This document shows, one piece after another, positions 54,427 through 62,402 of a stretch of 64,000 bases of DNA. Within the stretch, counting starts at the first letter, position 1. Every line of letters begins with the position of its first letter. Made by a program: the position numbers and the translations under genes. The notes under the pieces were generated by a model. The model saw nothing but the letters and a program-made list of their open reading frames with translations. It was not told the origin of the DNA and made no database searches. Where the stretch lies: the NCBI GenBank assembly GCA_900315255.1, contig OMYH01000024.1, positions 740 to 64,739 on the forward strand. Direction: 5' to 3'. Source of the DNA: an uncultured Eubacteriales bacterium. GTDB lineage: Bacteria; Bacillota; Clostridia; Oscillospirales; Acutalibacteraceae.

Positions 54427-55785
54427 TCACACTCCTTGTTTTTTCCCGTTGTGGGTCAATATCTGTTTGCCCTGATTCATGATCTGCACAAGCGGACGGT
54501 GCGCTGGGCAGTTATAAGCACAGGTACCGCATTCCATACAATCCGTCACTCCGAGTTTTTTCAGCATATCCTTATTGCGCAGCCTGACGGCCCTCTCTAT
54601 CGCTGCAGGCATTAAACCAAACGGGCAGCTGTCAACGCACCTGCCGCAGCGTATGCAGTCGGTAGTTCTGTGCAAAGGTGCGTCTTTCTCATTGAAAGCC
54701 AATATCGCATTGTTCTGCTTTAATATCGGGAACTCATCACTTTCCAGAGCGATACCCATCATAGGGCCTCCGCTGATAAGCTTCAGGCACTGTTCTTTGT
54801 ATCCGCCGCAAAAATTTATGACGTCCTTTATCGGGGTACCAATAGGCACGATCACGTTTTTAGGCTCGCTTACTGCCGAGCCGTCAACGGTAATTCTTTT
54901 TGAAACGAGCGGTATACCCGTCTTTACATACGACGACACGAACCCTACAGATGTTATATTCATAACGATACAGCCCGTATCTATCGGCAGCTTACCCATA
55001 GGCACTACCCTGCCTGTCGCCGCCTTGACAATGACCTTCTCCGCCCCCTGGGGATAGCGTGCTTTAAGAGTGAGGACGCATATCCTTTTTGCTTCAGCCT
55101 CATTGCATCCGCTTATTGCTTTTTTCAGGATCCTTATTGCCTCCGGCTTATTATCTTCAATGCCTATGATCGTCCTGTCGATCTTCAGCATACGCATAAT
55201 AAGAATGATCCCGTTTATGACATTGTCGGTATTCTCGATCGCCTCACGGTTATCTGTTGTTATATACGGCTCGCACTCCGCACAGTTGACGATAAGTGTA
55301 TCTACTCTTTTCCCGTCGGGAACATTGATCTTCACATGTGTCGGAAAGCCTGCTCCGCCGAGTCCGACAAGACCGCTTGCGCTGACTGCGTCAAGAAAAT
55401 CCTGTGGGGAATCAATAACAGGCGGTTTTACAGCTGCGCTCAATTTCATTTCGCCGTCCGACTCGATGATCACAGCGTCGCAGACATATCCGTTGGGCAG
55501 CTGCATTCTTGTGATACCCTTGACAATACCGGATACCGAAGCGTGAACAGGCGCAGAAAACAGACTCTCGCTTGCTCCGACGATATTCCCGACGCAAACC
55601 TTCATACCGGCTTTCACTACGGGTCTGCAAGGCATACCTATATGCTGCACCATAGGGAGAATGACCTTCTGCGGACACGGCAGCATTACCGAATGAAAAT
55701 CGCTTGTATTCTTGTTATGACGCAGTTTTGCGCCGCCTCTTGTGCGAAACGGCTTTTTCGGCAAAGACAAGACAGGCTTTTCCAT
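54427..55785 (-). CDS. rnfC: Rnf complex subunit C (NADH-binding, 2x[4Fe-4S])
   Basis: GLVGLGGAGFPTHVK is present. The C-terminus has CIRCGRCVDSCP and CMECGTCAYNCP. Confidence 0.9.
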   Translation of the reverse strand: MEKPVLSLPKKPFRTRGGAKLRHNKNTSDFHSVMLPCPQKVILPMVQHIGMPCRPVVKAGMKVCVGNIVGASESLFSAPVHASVSGIVKGITRMQLPNGYVCDAVIIESDGEMKLSAAVKPPVIDSPQDFLDAVSASGLVGLGGAGFPTHVKINVPDGKRVDTLIVNCAECEPYITTDNREAIENTDNVINGIILIMRMLKIDRTIIGIEDNKPEAIRILKKAISGCNEAEAKRICVLTLKARYPQGAEKVIVKAATGRVVPMGKLPIDTGCIVMNITSVGFVSSYVKTGIPLVSKRITVDGSAVSEPKNVIVPIGTPIKDVINFCGGYKEQCLKLISGGPMMGIALESDEFPILKQNNAILAFNEKDAPLHRTTDCIRCGRCVDSCPFGLMPAAIERAVRLRNKDMLKKLGVTDCMECGTCAYNCPAHRPLVQIMNQGKQILTHNGKKQGV

Positions 55786-55988
55786 TATATGATCCTCTTT
55801 TCTCTTTTTCTGCTATCCATAATATTCACAAAACATCACTGTTGTGAAGGATTGATTTCTTGTCACATACTATTATATTTTATCACGTTGGCATGATCTT
55901 TTCAATGAAATAAGTCACGAATAAAAGATGTTTTCAAGAATATTTCTGCCATATTTGCAAACACTTACAGCAAGACAGGAGTGATAAT

Positions 55989-56351
55989 ATGTTTATGAGT
56001 TATTTTAACGCATTCTGGGTAGGCGGACTTATCTGCGTTATCGGTCAGATACTTATCGACAAAACGAAGCTGACGCCTGCAAGAATACTGACCGCATATG
56101 TTGTGGCGGGGGTAATACTCGGCGCACTGGGAATATACGAACCAATAGTGGATTTTGCCGGAGCGGGCGCTACAGTGCCGCTGTCGGGATTCGGCTATGC
56201 TATTTCGCAGGGAGTAAAAAAGGCGGTCAACCTGACGGGTTATCTCGGGGTATTCACGGGAGCTATGACATCTGCTGCCGCCGGGATCACGGCTGCGCTC
56301 GTGTTTGCGTTCACGGCAGCGCTTTTCACAAAGTCATCGGATAAGGCATAA
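55989..56351 (+). CDS. spoVAE: Stage V sporulation protein AE-like (SpoVAEb/SpoVAC family small membrane protein)
   Basis: The roughly 120-aa product has FWVGGLICVIGQILID...AGATVPLSGFG...GVFTGAMTSAAAGITAAL, typical of the SpoVAC/SpoVAEb family. It is monocistronic here. Confidence 0.7.
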   Translation: MFMSYFNAFWVGGLICVIGQILIDKTKLTPARILTAYVVAGVILGALGIYEPIVDFAGAGATVPLSGFGYAISQGVKKAVNLTGYLGVFTGAMTSAAAGITAALVFAFTAALFTKSSDKA

Positions 56352-56368
56352 TTTTTTCAAAAAAGGAC

Positions 56369-56396
56369 TTGACAAAATCTGTATTTATGTTATAAT
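56369..56396 (+). promoter_or_regulatory. Consensus sigma-A promoter for tRNA-Gln
   Basis: TTGACA (56369..56374), a 16-nt spacer, then TATAAT (56391..56396). The -10 ends 12 nt before the tRNA 5' end. Confidence 0.7.
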
Positions 56397-56408
56397 AAAT
56401 TCTGTCGT

Positions 56409-56482
56409 TGGGGAATTGTGTAACGGTAGCACGACAGACTCTGACTCTGTTTGTTGGGGTTCGAATCCCTATTCCCCAGCCA
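56409..56482 (+). tRNA. tRNA-Gln (anticodon CTG)
   Basis: TGGGGAATTGTGTAACGGTAGCACGACAGACTCTGACTCTGTTTGTTGGGGTTCGAATCCCTATTCCCCAGCCA has a 7-bp acceptor stem TGGGGAA/TTCCCCA. The anticodon loop is CT-CTG-AC. The T-arm is GGGGTTCGAATCCC, and CCA is encoded. Confidence 0.9.
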
Positions 56483-56507
56483 GAAACGCCCGATATACGG
56501 GACAAAG

Positions 56508-56538
56508 AGGTTCTTCGTTTCGGAGAACCTTTTATTTT
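56508..56538 (+). terminator. Rho-independent terminator after tRNA-Gln
   Basis: Stem AGGTTCTTCG / CGGAGAACCT with a TTT loop is followed by TTTATTTT. Confidence 0.7.
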
Positions 56539-56644
56539 GTTTATATGTCTTATTCTTTTATCCCCTTATCAGCTGTACGCTTTAAGGCAGCAACGAAGCT
56601 ATTCAAAACAAATACGCCGTTCGGGTGTTTTTTTAAAAAAAGTA

Positions 56645-56673
56645 TTGACAAACAAGAATCTGTTTGATATAAT
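56645..56673 (+). promoter_or_regulatory. Consensus sigma-A promoter for the CAT-anticodon tRNA
   Basis: TTGACA (56645..56650), a 17-nt spacer, then TATAAT (56668..56673). Confidence 0.7.
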
Positions 56674-56690
56674 AATAAGGCAGTCTAAAC

Positions 56691-56767
56691 GGACCATTAG
56701 CTCAGTTGGTTAGAGCAACCGGCTCATAACCGGTAGGTCCCGGGTTCGAGTCCCTGATGGTCCACCA
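56691..56767 (+). tRNA. tRNA with anticodon CAT (Met, or more likely lysidine-modified Ile2)
   Basis: GGACCATTAGCTCAGTTGGTTAGAGCAACCGGCTCATAACCGGTAGGTCCCGGGTTCGAGTCCCTGATGGTCCACCA has acceptor stem GGACCAT/ATGGTCC and anticodon loop CT-CAT-AA. The Ile-like D-arm and body hint at tRNA-Ile2, but this cannot be decided by eye. Confidence 0.85.
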
Positions 56768-56779
56768 AAGCAAAAAATT

Positions 56780-56811
56780 CCTGTCGAGTATGTCGGCAGG
56801 ATTTTTTTTTT
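56780..56811 (+). terminator. Rho-independent terminator after the CAT tRNA
   Basis: Stem CCTGTCGA / TCGGCAGG is followed by A and a run of T residues (T10). Confidence 0.75.
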
Positions 56812-56874
56812 AAATACAAGAAAACACTCCTTATATTCGCCCGGGAATGACGGTGTAAGGAGTGTTTTAGTTAT

Positions 56875-56969
56875 TTAAGGAACCACTGATTAAATCACGT
56901 CCTTCGGACTGAGCACCAAATTTGCTTGCATCTTTTTGTCAAATTGCACTCAAAATCCTTGAAATACGT
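56875..56969 (-). mobile_element. MITE-like repeat copy 7: arm B only (95 bp), ending at the central motif
   Basis: TTAAGGAACCACTGATTAAATCACGTCCTTCGGACTGAGCACC...CCTTGAAATACGT is identical to arm B of copies 3 and 5. No arm A follows. The kinase/LRR coding sequence abuts the centre. Confidence 0.9.
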
Positions 56970-59900
56970 TTCCGAACCGGTGTAACATACAGCTGTTAAA
57001 TCTGTACATTGATAAAAAGCAGCATATCCGATATCTGTCACACTTTTCGATATTTCCACCAATGTCAGAGAATCACAATACATAAAAGAATAACTGCCAA
57101 TATTCGTAACATTTTTAGAAATAACTACCTTTTCTAAATAAGTGGAACCTCGAAAAGCACTCAGGTCTATTTCTTTCACACTATCCGGAATAATGTAAGT
57201 CTTGTCATTTTTCGACTGAGGATAAAGAATCAATTTACTCATATCTTTGTTAAACAAAACCTCGTCCTTAGACGAATAATACTTGTTTTGACTGTCAACA
57301 TCTATGCTTGTTAATTTGGAACAGCGATTAAAAGCATATCTCCCTATACTAACCACATTACCCGGAATATTGACTGCCGAAAAGCCATCACATTCAGCAA
57401 ATGCACTCGATTCAATGCTCGTCAGTTTTGCAGAGAACGTTATGTCTATCAGATTATCGCAATCAAAAAACGCACAATAACCTATTTCAGTAACACTATC
57501 GGGCATTTTATATGCTGACAACGGGTTTCCGGCTGGATATGCCATTAAAATTGTCTTATCTTTATTGAACAATACACCGTCTTGAGAAGAATAGTACTTG
57601 TTTTTGTTGTCGACATCTATGCTTTTTATGCTTTTGCAATCACAAAACATACCATCGGCAATCTCAGCAATATTCGCCGGAACTGTAAACTTTTCCGCTT
57701 TTTTTCCTGCAGGATATGCTATCAGTTCAGTCATGTTTTTATCATACAATACTCCGTCTTCAGATTTATATGATTTATTATTGCTGTCGACTTTTATTTC
57801 CGATAGATTATCGCATTCCCTAAATACACCCGATCCAATATATGTAACATTCGCAGGGATATTTACGTTAGTTAAACCGTTGCAATAGCAAAAAGCGTTA
57901 GAAAGAATTGTTGTTACACTTTCGGGAATTTCAAGGCTTGATAAGCTTATACATGAATTGAATGAGTCACTGCAAATTGTTCGAACACTGTCGGCTATTT
58001 CTATATCAGATAAGTTTGTAAACCAACTAAACGCACCTGCTCCAATGCTCTTTACTCCATATTCAACAACGACCTTTTTCACATTGTTTTCGTAACTAAC
58101 ATAACCGGAATTTGAACCCAAAGAAGCATCATAATCCCACATATATCCTTTTCCGTAAATGTACAGCGTACCGCTCTCGTAAAATGCCCACTTTACATTA
58201 TCGGATGGTCCCGATTCGCTTTCATTATCATAGTACTCATTACTCTGTCCGCAGTTGCCCTCTGCAATCAGCTTTGTTTTTTCTTTTTCACGCGGCGACG
58301 GCGGTATATCGGTGTCGATCTCATCGTCTTCTTCCGAATAATAGTCTTCCACCCAATATTCGGAGTCGTCCCAATAGCTCTCACTGTCTTCATACATAAA
58401 CCAATATTCATCAGTATATCTGTCTGTCTCGCTTTCTTCTTCGAAACTTTCTTCACCGGCATAGGAATTAGTTCGGGAATTGGATTTTTTGATAATATAA
58501 CTGATATAATCAATATCCGAATCATAAACCTCGTCTTTATATGGTTGTGTATCCGTGATATATATCCCGATACCGACAACCATCGAAACAATAATAACAA
58601 CCGCCGCAAGCCACAATATAACAATTCCTGTTTGTCTTGTCATAAACTTAGTCTTTGCTCGTTCGTTCTTGTTCAACACCTCAATCTCAAACACTCCCGG
58701 CTCACGCTTTGCAGCTTTTGGAGTTATCGTTTCATTATTATCGAACATCTCGTCATCAGGATCGATCTCCACAAAGATGTTATCCGTTGCTCCGGGTATC
58801 CCCGACAGCGTTGTGTATGTCTTAGGTTTAGTTTCCGGTTTGATCGCCGTTTCAGGTATCACGGAAAACGCTGTCTGCAACTTCTGCTTGAATTCTTTAA
58901 CAGGCAAAACTGTCTGTGACTTCGGCTTCGGCAAAGGTTCGCTTTTCTGCTTCGGTTCTTCGACAGGCAAAGCTGTCTGCGACTTCGGCATCTGCAAGGG
59001 TTCGCTTTTCTGCTTCGGTTCTTCGACAGGCAAAGCTGTCTGCGACTTCGGCTTCGGCAGAGTTTCGCTTTTCTGCTTTGGTTCTTCGACAGGCAAAGCT
59101 GTCTGTGACTTTGGCTTTGGCAGAGATTCTCTTTTCTCCTTCGGCTGTTCAACAGGCATAGATATCTGTGATTTAGGCTTTGGTAACGGTTCGCTTTTCT
59201 GCTTCGGTTCTTCAACAGGCAGTGCTATCAGTGATTTAGGCTTTGGTAACGGTTCGCTTTTCTCCTTCGGCTCTTCAACAGGCATAGATATCTGTGACTT
59301 TGGCTTTGGCAGAGATTCACTCTTCTCCTTCTGCTCTTCAACAGGCAGTGCTATCAGTGATTTAGGCTTTGGTAACGGTTCGCTCTTCTCCTTCGGCTGT
59401 TCAACAGACATAGATATCTGTGATTTAGGCTTTGGTAACGGTTCGCTCTTCTCCTTCTGCTCTTCAACAGGCAGTGCTATCTGTGATTTAGGCTTTGGTA
59501 ACGGTTCGCTTTTCTCCTTCTGCTCTTCAACAGGCATAGATATCTGTGACTTAGGCTTCGGGTCTTCATTAGGCAATACCGTCTGAGACCTCGGCTTTGA
59601 CAGTGGTTCGCTCTTATTTTTTTGTTTTTCGATAAATGAAATATATGACCGATGATTGCGTTTTATCTTCTCGACACTCTCGATCCTCTCGTCCTGCAGC
59701 AGTGCCGATTTGAACTCGCCCATCGTCTGAAAACGGTCAGCAGATCTTATACTTAACGCCTTCAGAATTGCGTCTTCTTTAGACTTCGAAATATTAATCC
59801 CCAGCTCATGCGGCGGAACAAGCTCATCATCTTCGATCCTTTCAAACGAATCGGGGGGACGCATTCCCGCTATCGCAAAATAAAACGTAGCTCCCAAACT

Positions 59901-60569
59901 GTACACATCGGTATATGGTCCCTGCTTGCTCTTTCGGGAATATTGCTCCTTGGGGGCAAAACCGGGCTTGAGAATAATATCAAGACTCCTGCTCTTGTCA
60001 CCAAGACTGTACCTTGCTGCACCAAAATCAAGCAGAATGACCTTCCCGTTCCTCTTGATACAAATATTGTCGGGCGTTACATCACGATGTATTATTCCCT
60101 TTTTGTGTACCGAAGCAAGTGCGTCCATCACTGGTACTACTACTCTTTGAGCGTCCATGACGCTGATTCTTCCACCCTGCTGCTTGATGAAGACATCAAA
60201 GCTCATCCCTTCGATGTAATCCATAACAAAATATGCCGTTCCGTTTTCTTCAAAGTAGCTATAGATGCGAACAACTCCGCTGTTATCAATGAATCTTGCA
60301 AGTGTTTCGGCCTCTTTCAAAAAGAGTTTTCTGCCATAGAGATAATTCTCCCCACGCTCGCCGGGATAAGGAAAAACATAATTGCTTTTTCTATAAGATA
60401 ATGTTTCAGGAAAGTATTCTTTTATTGCAAAAATCCTTCCGCTTTTATATTCCCTAACTTTGTATGTAATGCCGAATCCGCCCTGTCCGAGAGTGTTTTG
60501 AATAATATACTGCCCCGCAAGAATAGTTCCGTTCGGTAACGCAAAAGGAAAAGTTTCATTTATAGCCAT
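56895..60569 (-). CDS. Hanks-type Ser/Thr protein kinase, 21-aa repeat linker, single TM, acidic segment and extracellular BspA-type LRR domain; the C-terminal 24 aa come from repeat copy 7
   Basis: Kinase motifs GQGGFG, FAIKEY, HRDVTPDN and DFGAAR are present. About 11 repeats of KSEPLPKPKSQ(I/T)ALPVEE(P/Q)K(Q/E) follow. The TM is GIVILWLAAVVIIVSMVVGIGIYI. LRR units (SIGAGAFSWFTNLSDIEIADSVRTICSDSFNSC...) resemble those of the protein at 33351..34787. Confidence 0.85.
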   Translation of the reverse strand: MAINETFPFALPNGTILAGQYIIQNTLGQGGFGITYKVREYKSGRIFAIKEYFPETLSYRKSNYVFPYPGERGENYLYGRKLFLKEAETLARFIDNSGVVRIYSYFEENGTAYFVMDYIEGMSFDVFIKQQGGRISVMDAQRVVVPVMDALASVHKKGIIHRDVTPDNICIKRNGKVILLDFGAARYSLGDKSRSLDIILKPGFAPKEQYSRKSKQGPYTDVYSLGATFYFAIAGMRPPDSFERIEDDELVPPHELGINISKSKEDAILKALSIRSADRFQTMGEFKSALLQDERIESVEKIKRNHRSYISFIEKQKNKSEPLSKPRSQTVLPNEDPKPKSQISMPVEEQKEKSEPLPKPKSQIALPVEEQKEKSEPLPKPKSQISMSVEQPKEKSEPLPKPKSLIALPVEEQKEKSESLPKPKSQISMPVEEPKEKSEPLPKPKSLIALPVEEPKQKSEPLPKPKSQISMPVEQPKEKRESLPKPKSQTALPVEEPKQKSETLPKPKSQTALPVEEPKQKSEPLQMPKSQTALPVEEPKQKSEPLPKPKSQTVLPVKEFKQKLQTAFSVIPETAIKPETKPKTYTTLSGIPGATDNIFVEIDPDDEMFDNNETITPKAAKREPGVFEIEVLNKNERAKTKFMTRQTGIVILWLAAVVIIVSMVVGIGIYITDTQPYKDEVYDSDIDYISYIIKKSNSRTNSYAGEESFEEESETDRYTDEYWFMYEDSESYWDDSEYWVEDYYSEEDDEIDTDIPPSPREKEKTKLIAEGNCGQSNEYYDNESESGPSDNVKWAFYESGTLYIYGKGYMWDYDASLGSNSGYVSYENNVKKVVVEYGVKSIGAGAFSWFTNLSDIEIADSVRTICSDSFNSCISLSSLEIPESVTTILSNAFCYCNGLTNVNIPANVTYIGSGVFRECDNLSEIKVDSNNKSYKSEDGVLYDKNMTELIAYPAGKKAEKFTVPANIAEIADGMFCDCKSIKSIDVDNKNKYYSSQDGVLFNKDKTILMAYPAGNPLSAYKMPDSVTEIGYCAFFDCDNLIDITFSAKLTSIESSAFAECDGFSAVNIPGNVVSIGRYAFNRCSKLTSIDVDSQNKYYSSKDEVLFNKDMSKLILYPQSKNDKTYIIPDSVKEIDLSAFRGSTYLEKVVISKNVTNIGSYSFMYCDSLTLVEISKSVTDIGYAAFYQCTDLTAVCYTGSETYFKDFECNLTKRCKQIWCSVRRT
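58890..59625. repeat. 63-bp coding tandem repeat array (about 11.5 units) in the kinase juxtamembrane linker
   Basis: On the plus strand, units such as CTTCGGTTCTTCGACAGGCAAAGCTGTCTGCGACTTCGGCTTCGGCAGAGTTTCGCTTTTCTG recur head to tail with subfamily variation. Confidence 0.9.
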
Positions 60570-60892
60570 TGTACCCTGTCCTTTGACAATAAGATTTTAG
60601 GAATTTTTTCAAACCGCATTGCCGCATAACAAACATCGATGTCCCCTGTCTCTAAAGACTGGAACCATACGCACGTCGATGGTGGGTCAAAACCTCCCAC
60701 CGACGAATGTCGTACCTTTGCTCCTCGTTTTAATGAATAATTTCAGCTGCCGTTATCTTCTATTAATAATAACATACCTTGTCGAAAAAAACAACAATAA
60801 ATATACCATATAATAATAAAAAATAACACTTATTCTGTGTTTTTTAAAAATCATAAAAAATCATATCAAATATGTTTTTTTGCAAAAATATA

Positions 60893-60921
60893 TTGATAAA
60901 ATCTCTCATTAATGGTAGAAT
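60893..60921 (+). promoter_or_regulatory. Putative sigma-A promoter of glyQS
   Basis: TTGATA, a 17-nt spacer, then TAGAAT preceded by TGG. It lies 30 nt upstream of the ATG, and an AAGGAGG RBS follows. Confidence 0.55.
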
Positions 60922-60950
60922 GTAAAAAGATATTTTAAGGAGGCAAAAAT

Positions 60951-62327
60951 ATGAAAAACACAGAGAAAACAATGGATAAGCTTGTAGCGCTCTGTAAAAC
61001 AAGAGGATTCGTATATCCCGGCAGTGAGATATACGGCGGTCTTGCAAACACATGGGATTACGGTCCGCTCGGCGTACTTCTCAAAAACAACATCAAGAGT
61101 GCCTGGCTCAAGAAGTTTGTTCAGGAGAACAAGCTCAACGTAGGTCTTGACTCTGCTATTCTCATGAACCCTCAGACATGGGTTGCTTCGGGTCACTTAG
61201 GCGGCTTTTCCGATCCGCTTATGGACTGCCGTGAATGCAAAACACGTCACCGTGCAGATAACCTCATCGAGGACTTCGACGGCACTAACGTTGCAGGCTG
61301 GACAAATCAGCAGATGACAGACTATATTAAAGATAAAGGCATCACCTGCCCCAACTGCGGAAAAGCAAACTTCACAGATATCAGGCAGTTCAACCTTATG
61401 TTCAAAACATTCCAGGGCGTTACCGAAGATACCAAAAACGAGCTTTATCTTCGTCCCGAAACAGCTCAGGGTATCTTTGTAAACTTCTCAAACATTCAGA
61501 GAACCACAAGAAAGAAAGTCCCCTTTGGTGTCGCTCAGATAGGAAAATCCTTCAGAAATGAGATTACCCCCGGCAACTTCATTTTCAGAGTTCGTGAGTT
61601 TGAGCAGATGGAGCTTGAGTTTTTCTGCAAGCCCGACACCGACCTGGAGTGGTTCGCATACTGGAGAGGCTTCTGCCGTGACTGGCTCTATTCTCTCAAC
61701 ATAAAAGAAGAGAACCTCAGACTCCGTGACCACGAGAAAGAGGAGCTTTCATTCTATTCAAAGGCTACAACAGACTTTGAGTATCTCTTCCCGTTCGGCT
61801 GGGGCGAGCTTTGGGGTATTGCAGACAGAACAAACTACGACCTCACACAGCACATCAACACAAGCGGAAAGCGTCTTGATTACCTCGATCCCGATACAAA
61901 CGAAAGATATATCCCCTATGTTATCGAGCCGTCACTCGGAGTGGAGCGTCTGTTCCTGGCAATTATGACCGAGGCTTACGACGAGGAGCAGATCAAAGAA
62001 GACGACACCCGAGTTGTATTAAGACTTCATCCTGCGCTTGCGCCCTTCAAGGCTGCCGTTCTTCCTCTGTCAAAGAAGCTTTCGGAAGAAGCAGGAGAGG
62101 TTTACGATCTGCTTTCAAAGCACTTCATGACCGATTTTGACGAAACAGGCTCCATCGGCAAGAGATACCGCCGTGAGGACGAGATAGGCACACCATTCTG
62201 CATCACATTTGATTTTGACTCCCGTGACGACCACTGCGTGACAGTTCGTGACAGGGATACAATGGAACAGGAGAGAGTCGCAATAGACGATCTCGTTGAT
62301 TATCTCACTAAAAAGACAGCGTTCTGA
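60951..62327 (+). CDS. glyQS: Glycine--tRNA ligase (homodimeric class II GlyQS type)
   Basis: [55 protein letters not shown] and GVERL are typical of alpha2-type GlyRS. Confidence 0.95.
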   Translation: MKNTEKTMDKLVALCKTRGFVYPGSEIYGGLANTWDYGPLGVLLKNNIKSAWLKKFVQENKLNVGLDSAILMNPQTWVASGHLGGFSDPLMDCRECKTRHRADNLIEDFDGTNVAGWTNQQMTDYIKDKGITCPNCGKANFTDIRQFNLMFKTFQGVTEDTKNELYLRPETAQGIFVNFSNIQRTTRKKVPFGVAQIGKSFRNEITPGNFIFRVREFEQMELEFFCKPDTDLEWFAYWRGFCRDWLYSLNIKEENLRLRDHEKEELSFYSKATTDFEYLFPFGWGELWGIADRTNYDLTQHINTSGKRLDYLDPDTNERYIPYVIEPSLGVERLFLAIMTEAYDEEQIKEDDTRVVLRLHPALAPFKAAVLPLSKKLSEEAGEVYDLLSKHFMTDFDETGSIGKRYRREDEIGTPFCITFDFDSRDDHCVTVRDRDTMEQERVAIDDLVDYLTKKTAF

Positions 62328-62354
62328 CCAACGAAAAAACAAACATATTCTGAC

Positions 62355-62392
62355 AAAAAGACCATTCGCCTGCCAAAACGAATGGTCTTTTT
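62355..62392. terminator. Bidirectional terminator between convergent glyQS and the MATE gene
   Basis: A 14-bp stem AAAAAGACCATTCG / CGAATGGTCTTTTT surrounds a 10-nt loop. A- and T-runs lie on both sides. Confidence 0.8.
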
Positions 62393-62402
62393 AATTGTGT
62401 AA

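Noticed and set aside
58555-59586. 343-aa plus-strand ORF with GFG/CDFG repeats
   Set aside because: It is the antisense reading of the 63-bp coding tandem array in the kinase gene. Its periodicity simply mirrors the array.
58890-59625. A regularly spaced repeat array that could be mistaken for a CRISPR
   Set aside because: The units are contiguous 63-bp tandem repeats with no unique spacers. They lie in frame within a long ORF, and no cas genes or leader are present.
60600-60950. An expected T-box leader upstream of glyQS
   Set aside because: No T-box sequence (…GGGUGGUACCGCG…), specifier-loop GGC context or terminator/antiterminator pair is visible on the plus strand. A good promoter sits only about 30 nt upstream of the ATG.
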